A stretch of DNA of 64,000 nt from Trichoplax adhaerens (lineage: Eukaryota; Animalia; Placozoa). The DNA lies in contig NW_002060945.1 of assembly GCF_000150275.1 (NCBI RefSeq), positions 1,306,199 to 1,370,198 on the forward strand, written 5' to 3'. The position numbers and the translations under genes were made by a program. Numbering within the stretch: the stretch's first letter is position 1; the number at the start of each line of letters is the position of its first letter. The notes beneath the pieces are model-generated. The model was given only the letters and a program-made list of their open reading frames with translations. It made no database searches and was not told the DNA's origin. Below are positions 26,293-37,554 of this stretch, in pieces.

Positions 26293-29200
26293 ATACTAAA
26301 TATTAATACACTATGGCAGGAATTAGAGGTAAGAACGATTTAATAATGACAAATCACTATTATCAACTCATCCTATTTTTATATTGATTAGTTGCTTGTC
26401 TTAATCTTACATTTGCAAAATTTGATAGTCTTATAATCCAGCAAATCTTCAACCTGTAATGTTGGCATATGTGGAAAATCTTGGGTAATTTCATGTCTTG
26501 TTATATCTTGCTATAAGTACTACACTATCTAGCTATCTAAGATATTGACAGAAGCAAAATTTAAGCAACTGTATTTTAACAAACAGTATCCTATTAATTA
26601 TGAACTTGTTATGTCTTTAAACACTTCTTAACGTAAATAAATATATTTTAAACTCAAGGAGGATTGTTTCGGAACTGATCTCAGTGGCAATTGATAATAG
26701 CCTAGCTACCTATTGCCATTCCTTAGTAATGGAAGATGTCGTTAGGTTTGCTCTAAGAATCTAACTTCATGTAATGTTTCAACCATAACTACAAGTGAAC
26801 TGAGACAATTGATATATCTGGAGATTCAGTGATAAGTAAATAGCTTTAAATATTTCGTTTGATTATTTTAGTCAAGTAGATCACGACAGCCAGCACGATC
26901 CATTCTTCCTTGTCCGGTAATCATATAGGACATCTGCATATTAATATCGACTTTTTAGTAATTCTTCGGCAATATTTATTGCTACATACGTATTACTTCT
27001 AGTGATCGATTACTGGCTAAACTTATTTCTATTTTGGAAAATTTCGAAGAGTAAGTCAATCCATACTAAATTATTATAAAAATTGGCTGTAATGTATACT
27101 ATCTGAACAATTCATTGACACAAACAAACTGTACTCATTCTCGTTGCGGCTTTCAGTTTCGAATTGCAGATGGAAACTACAAAAGTTATAATCACGTTTA
27201 TCGATTATTACCATGGATATGTGGTCTTTCAATGTCCAAATATTGAATCAGGTAATCGTTTTTAAAATAAAATCGACAAAGTTAATTTTTTAAATATAAA
27301 AACCATACGTCTATATTTCAATGTGAGCTGATGATCTCACATTTATAGTTTACGTTGTTATAAATATGACTGATTGTATTTGCAGTAAGATTTTATGCTA
27401 GAGTCACAATAATAAGTATGGCTAGTGCTAAAAATTCTAATGGAATTGTAATATTTGGTGATGGTTATCTAATGGAATTGTAATATTTGGTGATGGTTAT
27501 CTAATGGAATTGTAATATTTGGTGATGGTTATCGGTACCCTAACCTTGTAACGTAGTTTAAATATGTTTTATTTTAGACGATATGAGAACTCTCATTTCG
27601 CTTATCTCATCTCCATATGAAGAAATAGCCTTAAAATCGATGAAGATTATCCAGACATATAACACTACAAAAACCTATACAGGTTTAAATGCAAATAAAC
27701 TTTTTTAATATCATTAGAATGAAATTATAACTTTCTCAAAGGATACCAGCTAAACTAGAAGTCTTCTTACCATTAATGCGTTGATTTACCAATTAGCCTC
27801 TTATCGCGTGCCATGTTTACATCTAGGAGAGCATCTAGTTCTAAAATGTGGTTTAATGCGAGAATTAGCCAAAGTAGCTACTATCAGTAAATCGGTAAGC
27901 TATAGCTAAATATATTATATGCGTATTATCTTTGGTTATTATACCCGCGAAAGTATCATTTAGCAAAATTAATGAGTTAAGTCTACTTTTTATATTTATA
28001 TTTTTAGACTGCGTTCCTTCAAAGCGTTGCTGCAACCATTAATACTTTGGATTGGACAGTCTTTCGTAGCTTTAAGGATTACCATGCTGACGTAAGATAT
28101 CTCAATTTTTTGTATTCTCTTAGTAAATTCACTTTATATAGTACATGTACCAATGTTTCATAATCCATGGGATAATAAGATTATGATAATTTTATCACTA
28201 TAGCTTGGGATCACTATTTCTATTCTAATGCAATCCAACAATATACAGGTTATTATTTCACTACTTAGAATATTCTATTTTTTCCCCGTATACTCTATTG
28301 TGTGTATTTATACTACAGAAATATATCCATGGCAATGTATTTACTACGGAAAACGCTATTAAAGTAATGATTTAATCTAACAAGCTTATGATAATTGATT
28401 CATTTAGGTCCTACGAATGACAATTAAAGCACTGACTAAAATGACAAAATTTGATTCACAACATGTTAGGGTATGTTGATAACAATTTTCTTGCTGAATC
28501 TTGTATACATATATGTACATGATCATTTCCTTAACTTTGATGCTATGTTTTATATCTGTCACATATAAATGTTGCTTACTCCTATGTTCGCCTTGGATTA
28601 ATATCACTGCATCAAATATTTGCCATCATTAATTTTCCTATTTGATTACATTATCTATAATAGGAAGTTTTTCAGTCCTTGCCAGTGACGTTAGAAGTTC
28701 TAAAAAGCGAATCACCGCGTTTATTTGTAAGAAAAGTGTGAAACGCACGATAGTATCCCTCAAAATCGGATATGACTAACTATATATTTACATTATTTTG
28801 TTAGGATATTACCGTAAAACTACTAGAACTCATTGCAAGAAGAGTTCGATTTCGTTCACAAACGAAGGTGATTAAATAGATTTAAGACTGTTACAGGGTC
28901 AGAGATAATTCTCTGCTGGCTAATATGATAGTGATAGTGAAATTATAAATACATACTAAATTAATGTGTGTTTGATACAAGTATTAATATTAGTCTTAAT
29001 TTACAAACATAATGACTACTGATACATTAATTTTATAATTGTATAAAAATGGCTGCTATTTTATCGTATTTACAGTTATTAATTGGTTCCAAAATCATAA
29101 TTTACCTGAAAACAATGCTACAGAATCCAGGCTTTTGCAATATATCACAATTTCGAGTAAGAATCAAAATACCAATTTGCATTATTATTATCTTTAATAT

Positions 29201-31014
29201 AGAAATAAATATTCCTAAGCTGTCTTTCAATTGGATGGATTACTTATTAATACAATGATCCGTATTGTTTAGGTACTTTTTAAGGTGCTAGATGATTTTT
29301 CCGCAACAAATGATGCCCTATTACAAGTAAGAATGATGTGATAGTACAATATTTAATTGGATGGATATATTTGCATTTTCATAAACTGTATCTTATATTA
29401 ATTAGACTATCATACAAAGATATATATTCAGTCTATTATAATACCTACAGAACATATCAATTTTAAGTTTTTCTAAACTACCAATTTCAAATTATTATTT
29501 GGTACGGCACTTTAATTTAGCTTCTATAAAAGCAGTCAATTTATTCAATTTATATTATAGTAGCTCTGATTTAGTATGTCCTAATGAACAACTTCAAAAT
29601 TTTTGTGGAGCATAGTCCTAGTATTTAGGTTGAATTATAAATACCACTACTAGAACTTAAACGATGCTATAGATATTAACGTCTTATTGAATTCTTACGC
29701 TATAATAAAATTTAGGCCGCTAGGGATTCTGTTTCAAGATTTAAAATCAGTTTACTAAATTAGAATTTAAGCTATATTGTAACAGCTATATTCCGCATAG
29801 CTTCTCTATTAAATTCACTTAGTTAGAATAATCAGCTGTTTATTTTCAAGTATAGTCTATATTGAAATTTCTTTACCTGCTTCAAGAATTTGACTGAAAT
29901 TTATATGATTCACATTTAATATACTTTGCATATATCAATTATATCCCAAAAATACGCTTGTGATTAATTTACTATAAATTTCAGTGCCGTTTAATATATG
30001 ATAATATTCATTTCGTGATCCATTTACAATAATAGAAGCTCATTAGCGATTCTGAAACTTTAACTACAATTCTATCCTGCGCCGAACAAGTAAGATATTT
30101 TTTATTAGTATTGCTAAATTGGCACAGTACGTATTTTAAGCAATATATGTATCCTGATTTACTATAATTATAGGACTTCATCTATTTTCGAACAACGGCT
30201 TGGAGTATTGTATTTCGAATTATAACAACTGCCACCTCAGAACAAGTAATAAATTAGTATTAGATCATCAATGCATGTTTATTACTGTTTTCATAATCCA
30301 CATTATTTATCTAAACGGTTTCTGTATTGAATATCTTGACAGATCCAATATTTGCTAGATCAATCTAATCTGAAATATTATCTTTGTAACCAATTACTAA
30401 ATACAGCTAGCATTGAGGTAAATCATTTCACACTCCTATCCAAATAATCATTTAATCTACTTCTGTACATATATAGTTTCAATAAATATGACGTTATTGA
30501 CAAGCATATGAAAGAAAGTAGTTAAATTGATAAATCAAAAGCATATATCAATAATATAACTAAAAATTACTGCTATTAGAATCTTCGCAAAACCCTAAAT
30601 GCTATGGCTACAATAGCTACCAAGTGCAAGGTAGCATTAATATTTATATCATTTCCTTTATTACCTAATAAAATCCCCATGGTTATGAAATACGTTAATT
30701 ATTTACTTTTTATATATCGATTTAACAGCGATTTCCAAGCTTGTCCGATGATATGAAAGCAACTGGTAATTATAACTTGTAAAACTTATTGATTCAATAT
30801 TAAATGCTTACTTAAGCTTATTGCTCGATTTTGATTTAATTTCAACTTTCTCGGACATATTATTTCATCTATTCGATTAGTAATATCTAGAATTGACGCT
30901 ATATACAAGGAAAACCGCGATATTAATTCTATATCTGAACCAGCTCAGAAATTACGACGTCTCATGAAAACGAAAAAGGTTAAAAAATTCGATATCGGAT
31001 GTACAATAACTTAA
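26293..31014 (+). CDS. Divergent importin-alpha-like armadillo-repeat protein, paralogue C (multi-exon; polybasic tail plus CaaX CTIT)
   Basis: Exons: 26293-26328 ILNINTLWQELE, 26429-26484 (56 nt), ~27157-27251 FELQMETTKVII, ~27578-27682 LISLISSPYEEIALKSMKII, 27827-27894 HLVLKCGLMREL, 28008-28091 TAFLQSVAATIN, 28204-28248 (45 nt), 30174-30245 (72 nt, DFIYFRTTAWSIVFRIITTATSEQ), 30343-30417 IQYLLDQSNLKYYLCNQL, 30881-31014 VISRID...KTKKVKKFDIGCTIT*. The start codon lies upstream, possibly the ATG at ~26100 directly before a GT donor. Confidence 0.75.
27436..27533. repeat. Perfect 32-bp tandem repeat x3 in an intron of paralogue C
   Basis: tctaatggaattgtaatatttggtgatggtta is repeated three times. 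Confidence 0.97.
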
Positions 31015-31239
31015 ATTTTCACCAAGAATATCAACAAAAATTGTATATTAGAATATTTATACTCTTCAAAATAATCTACCGGTCTATTGATGTAATATGT
31101 GACGATAAAATCTCCCATCTATTGTGTAAATTAAACTCTACAGTATCATTTTACCAATTTCGACCATAAACTTTTCAATTCTCATTGTACTATAAATGAA
31201 TCTATTAACATTTTAGATTATATCATGATATCTTGTATA

Positions 31240-31870
31240 TTAAATATGTATAAGAATACATGTAAGAAAGAAGCACTCTGTCCTGCTGTTAATAAAGTTA
31301 TTCCATAGTAAGCCAATTTGAGTATGGTCATTTGATATATGAGTAACAAATTCATCTGCCTGCTTCTTATAATGCTGACCAGTAGAATCTGTATAATGGA
31401 GGAGATATTTATTTATATATCTAATTATTAGGAAGATTGAAGATTTATTAGCTTTGCTCGTATATGCATTTGCTATGACTCTATAATACCGATTAGAGAA
31501 AATCAATTCTACTAATTTATAGTCGATTATTTTTGTAAACAGGTAAATTGCACAGCTTAACATTTAAACTTAGTCCATTATTCCCATTTCTTGTCTAGCA
31601 CTTGCACCGTTGTATTATAGATATAATGGATATAACTTGTCCTTTATGTCATAAGATATAAGGATAATTTATAGCACCTTATCCTGACAGTACAGAAGTT
31701 AGATCCCGTACTTATGATAGCATTCTATGAGTTGACATTCCGTAATATAAGCATTTATAAGTATGCTTTAAGGATGATTAAGCAATCTTCCCAGAGAAAA
31801 GAGGCGAAGAATTTAGAGAAAGAAGCAGTATTTGTAATCAAAATTAATTGTAGTGAATCAATTAATACGG
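31240..31870 (-). pseudogene. Decayed NACHT NTPase relic
   Basis: Minus frames give FASFLWED...MLILRNVN, then ORF 31240-31563 IIRYINKYL...KQADEFVTHISNDHTQIGLL, resembling NACHT helical domain 1 (IxxYIxKYF...A..l...i..n..l..L). Stops are present upstream. Confidence 0.35.
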
Positions 31871-33670
31871 AGAGCTGATTAAAATATTGGTTATGAACAA
31901 GGAGAATCATCAGACTAGCAAATTAAAGTACGAGACTTTAATTTGACATCAAGTTGTCAGTATTACGTCCCATTGGTTCCAAGATAGCTACTACTAGCAG
32001 GCAGTGCAGTATAAGCAGCTATTGGAATGTTGCCAGCCTTCATATATCGGCTAACAGTAGCTTATCTGACGTTTATTTTCTTTTGCGAAATGTGTTCTCT
32101 GATCTTATAGCTCAATCTAAAGCACTTGCCGAAAGCGGAATACTATTCCAACTCTTTTGCTTGCTTAATTTGTTATTAACTAACGATGCATGCAAAACCA
32201 TTTAATGTAATTAGACCAGACTCACTTGCTCGCTATCTAATTCACATAAAGGTGTAAGGCGGTGTAGTAGGATACTCGATATAATCTAATCAAATTATTA
32301 TAGTTGTAATGTTAAGGAGTTATTAATCTATGACAATTTGTCCAGCCATCATATACGTACCTTCCGTATCTGCGATAGGGTATGAATGAAATATCTGAAT
32401 ATGTATTAATACCCGGCTACCATGGAGAAATTTTGTTCACCCACATAGGGAAACTCACTATCAGTCATTCCACCGCTACGAAAAACAAATCTATCTAATG
32501 ATGCAATCGCCTTTTAATACTTCAACATGTCTTTAAAAATTTGAATATGGGAGTTCACGAACCGGTTAGCCAAGAAAATCGATCCGAAATCCTAAATTAT
32601 CAGTCGAATTCCGTTTTACCATTTTGTGTGTAAGTTATAATATTAATTCAGTAGTGTATCACTTACGACAGGCAATTGCATTTTCTAACCTACATATTAT
32701 AAATTTATTTTTCATATCATATAATTAAATCAATCTACAATTCGATTCAATTTGATTAACGTTCCTTGGCAGTAAATACGACATTACATTCTTGATTAAT
32801 GTTAGTAGCGCAAAATAACCACATTATATTATCTATCAGGTATTGAGGCTAAATACTCATAAAGCGTTCGTACAATACAACTTATTTTCTTGTATAATTA
32901 CCGATACTATAAATAATGTCGCAGTGTATTTAAAAATAATAATGCAACATGGCCAATAACGACGGTACAATTGAGGCGCTTCATAGGTACCGTAAAATGT
33001 GATGTAGATTGTACAATATAAATTTTTAAAAATAATGCCACATTATAATTACTGATAGCGTATTATATCAATTCAAAAGTACTAAAAAATCGGCTGATGC
33101 CTATTTGGCAGTATTTTAAACATTACAGTTGATATCTGCGTAAGTGATACAAATAGTATTGGTATAACAATATAAATCACCCAAGCAAACCTAAAGATTA
33201 TGATATACAAAAAATTTTTCTTTCTTGCCGATATAAATTTATAAGGCGCTTATTGAAAATAACCATCTACGCAAAACTTTTAAATTACAATTTATGCCAA
33301 TAAGAATGCCATTTTTAAATTCAGCAACAATCTATTATATGCCAACCTTATACGGTCTTAGTCAGCGACGTCATCGTACAATAGCTAGTATTGGTTATTG
33401 TATAAAAACTAAAGATAGTGCTATATTACAATAATCGTTAGTTAGCTGGAGGAATCATTTATAACAACGGTGCTCGTCTAATCCATTATATTTTCTACAT
33501 TAACAACTCCACACAAAGCATACAATAATATCAGCATTTGCAAAACTACTGCTTGTTTAAAATTTCTCTAGTGAAATAATAACAACAGTAATTTGTAATT
33601 CGCTGCAACGGAGTCATAGCTATATGAAAAATTAAACAATGGCTGGGAATAGCCAATAAGCTTGTAACCA

Positions 33671-36600
33671 TTAACGTACAGCAGTTATGAACTTATATCT
33701 TAGTAAATCTCCTGCACTTGGTCTTGACTTAGTATCTCTAGTAACGATAAAGAAAATTTGTTATAACAGCAATTTAAAATTTCATAATTAGCTGTAAATG
33801 ATATTAATACCGTCTGAATGTTGCCCTTATAAACTCTTTAGCAGATTCTGAACTATGTTCCGGTAATGAAGGATAGATCTGTTCGGTAGCAATCTTGAAG
33901 ACTGCCGCTAACGGTTCATATTCACGCAAAGGAGGATGAGCTGTTAACATCTCAACAACCGTGCAACCGACGCTCCTAAAAACATTTAACACAACACGTT
34001 CAGTATCTAGTATTAACGACATTGCTTTTGTGATATACATACCAAATGTCAGCCTTTCTACCATAGCCTTCGCCTTTTGCAACTTCTGGACTAATCCAAT
34101 ACGATGTGCCATGAAGTGATTTAAGTCCACTCATTGTTTGCAATGACTACGATAAATTAAAGAAATGTAACCATTATACTATACTATCAGCGTTATCAAC
34201 AAATAAAATTACTGAATCAGTAATCATCTGCAAAATCGGTATATTTTATTTCATTTTAACCTTAATTCTTCTTGCAGACCCAAAATCAGCTAATTTCACA
34301 TTTCCGTAACTATCTAATAAAATATTCGCTCCTAAAATAAAGTTAGAGGATTAATACATTAAAATATCACACATGATACCATCATTTGGATATAATATTA
34401 AAATTAATCGATTGCCTTTAATATCGCGATGAACTATCAAATTAGAATGAAGATACGCTACTCCTTCCAGTATTTGTCTTGTATATTTCCTCGTAGTACT
34501 TTCAGGCAAGACACCATTTTTCCGAAGGTACTCAAATATCGAGCCCTAAATTGGAGAAATGCAATTATTTCACAATGAAAAAGTACCCAAAATTTACGAT
34601 ATCCTCACGTACGCCGGGCATATATTCCATTAAGATAGACAACTCTATTTCATTATATTCGGCTCCATAATAAGAAACGATTCTATCATGTCTTAATTTT
34701 CGTAGTAATTCAATCTCTGCTTTTAGAGCTTCTACTTCCTAAAGTCAAAAGATCATGAAAACATTGTAACACCAATGAAAAAAGTATAAAGAAAATTTAG
34801 TTAACTAAATACCTTGCGTGCATGATCATTACTATATGTCTTAACTTGCTTTATAGCAATATAGCGCTTATTGGTCTTGTCATAGCCCAAATATACCTGT
34901 ACAACATTAAATATATGTTAATCTAAAAATATCAACATAGGCAGTGAATAATTGGTATGACTAATGATTTTCCAACTAGACTCACTTGGCCAAACGCGCC
35001 AGCACCTAACAGCTTCTCCTTTTGCCATCTAAATGATTTTGCTGCGAAAATAATCAACAAATATAAGATCTAAATTCGTGGAAGAAAGAAATATATTTGT
35101 TGTATTAAACTTACGATCTGATGTTGTTAAATCACGCAGTCGTTGTAAAGCAACATCAACATCGCTAGGTCTTCTATTACCAATTCCCCCATTCCACTGT
35201 TCATGATCATGTAGGCTACCACTACTACCGTAATATTCACTATTTGATACGCTATTAACTGACAAAAGCTGAGCTCGAGGAAATGTTTGTCTTCCTACAA
35301 AGAAAACATATACAACACTCATAACGTAAGACATAAAACAGCAAATTTAGAAATAATTCTATTGCATGCATAGCCAAGCCTACCGTCAATATAGCTTTCA
35401 TCGGTAATGGTATTATCATATACAAATCTTCTACTAGGAAAAGTACCCGATTTTCCACTTAATTCTAAGAGAAAATTGTTCAATAAAAATCGAAATTGAG
35501 ACAATAATTAAAGTCGTTTAATAGCTTACCTGCATAATCGTAAGACGAATTATCCCACCCTCGATTAACTCTGGAGGTTGATCGAGAAATATTTTCACTT
35601 TAAGGGATAAAGGATAATTGAAATTAAAATCATATTGAACACTTTAGCGTAGTCTATAAGCTAAGGTTTACCCTGAGTGTCCCCCAGTAATTGATAGTTG
35701 GCTGCTGTTAAGAGATGAAGATGATCCTATCGAGCTTAGATCTGAACTTGACACTCCATACTGTCAGTAGTTATGCATAATAGAATCATCAGAACATGCT
35801 TGGAGATTCACTACTTAGCATTAACAATATTTTCTTACCTTACCTCAGTAAGAATTTAATGATTACTGATTTTCGTATCTACTGGCTAATAACTAATAAG
35901 TTAAAAAATTACAAACCTGTCCTGCTACCACTGGAGGCGAAGTTGGAGGGAATTGGTGATGTGAATCGTCCTACAAATGTTAAAATTGAGAAAGGTTTAA
36001 AAATAGCAGATGACTTTTGAGGATGTATTGTAATTTCATGAATAATAGCATACCTTATTAGCATAATTTTCAGGTATAAAAGTTCCTTCACCCTACATAT
36101 AATAACAGTAACCGAAATTTGATTTATTATATCACCGCTAACAGCTAAATTACATTACTAGAGATGTAGCGAGCTAAAATCAAAAGCATACAGCAATTAA
36201 ATGAACAGGTGTCTGAATTTCTTCATCCGGATTAAATCCAGGAGGTGGAGAATCTCTACCAGGTATTTCTTGGACTGCGTTAGTAGACTTTATGTCAAAA
36301 GTTTTCGCTTTCAACGTTCCCTCTTTATCTATATCATCATATAATTGTACGCTATCGCCTTCAGTTGTTCCATCCGTATCATTCTAAAACATCAGAGGGG
36401 TAAATTAAATTGCATGATGCGTATTCGTAAACTGACTATATCATGCAGTCAGGAATAAAAATTTCACATGTACGAATGAGTACCTGAGATTCATCGCAAT
36501 CATTAACAATTACTTCAGATGAGTAAGAATTAGTTTCTGATGTATCTGAAATCGTTAATAGAATCCTGACACACGTGGCATTGGGGTTATTCATAGAGAT

Positions 36601-37554
36601 ATCAACAACTTTGTCGACATGCGACTGTGAAAGAATTGGCGTCATAATCATCTACGAGCATAGAAAAATTATCAAATATTATTAGTTGAGATGTAATATA
36701 AAGTTCGAATCTTTGAAATGTATCATGAAGAATTTTCATATCAAATTACGTGTATTAATGTTGTATAATAGAATAGTTAAAGAAAGAAGTAGTAGTCCTA
36801 GATCAAAAATGCTGATAAGAATATCAACTATACCTCAGCTTCATTCATTACAAAGTTCATCGCTAAATCTCTACCAAACAATTTTCTCACACGAATAGCA
36901 AGATCTTCATATTGTAATGGCCGGGGAAGTTGACAAACTCTACACAAGTTTAACAGTTAATTATTACAATGATACTAATATAGTAATTAGTTTTTTATTT
37001 CCACATATACAACGTTAGAAGCAGTATTAGGCGCCCGATAGATTTAATAAATCAAATATATATTTGCAGACTGTATCTTATAAAATTGAAAAGTTCAAAA
37101 TTTATAGATATAGATTTAAATCAAGTGATAACAGTTTTATTGTACAATGTAGATCACTGTATCTAACATACACTCTTCAAGAACTACAACAGTTACCATA
37201 ATGTACAACACTACTACTGTACTTACCGTTTTTCATATTGGTACTGAAATTTGACCCGGATATCATTCTAAGTATATAAATGAGAATAACAAATAAATAA
37301 TGTCTTGCTAAGATAGAGTAATTTAATTTTGCAATACAATTCCACCATAGTAAATATTAGCTTTGCACTAAAACTCAAGAAAGCTAGTTTATATTTAATA
37401 GCATGTTATAATAACACCGATTTAAATAGGGGAAAATAAATACAAACCTGCCATGGCAATCCATCGTGCCTTATAGTAGGCCTATTTCTTACGCCAACTC
37501 GTATAGCTGGCATTGTATGACTAGGCCTAGATGCTCCCCTGACATGTCTGTCGC
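33671..37554 (-). CDS. MAP3K2/3: Mitogen-activated protein kinase kinase kinase 2/3 (MEKK2/3) orthologue: PB1 domain plus STE11-family kinase
   Basis: PB1 exons on the minus strand: [14 protein letters not shown] (37227-37267), [13 protein letters not shown]...FGRDLAMNF (~36834-36939), [13 protein letters not shown]...VRILL (~36484-36651). Linker motifs [21 protein letters not shown] and GRQTFPR. Kinase motifs LLGAGAFGQ|[80 protein letters not shown]; stop TAA at 33673-33671. The first coding exon lies further upstream (candidate ATG at 39127) and is not resolved. Confidence 0.93.

Noticed and set aside
26440-27250. Apparent Cys-rich RING/IBR-like peptides (CNVGICGKSW, CLQCPN) at the start of paralogue C
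   Set aside because: They are in the wrong frames; exon size and phase homology with paralogues A and B select the ARM-like frames.
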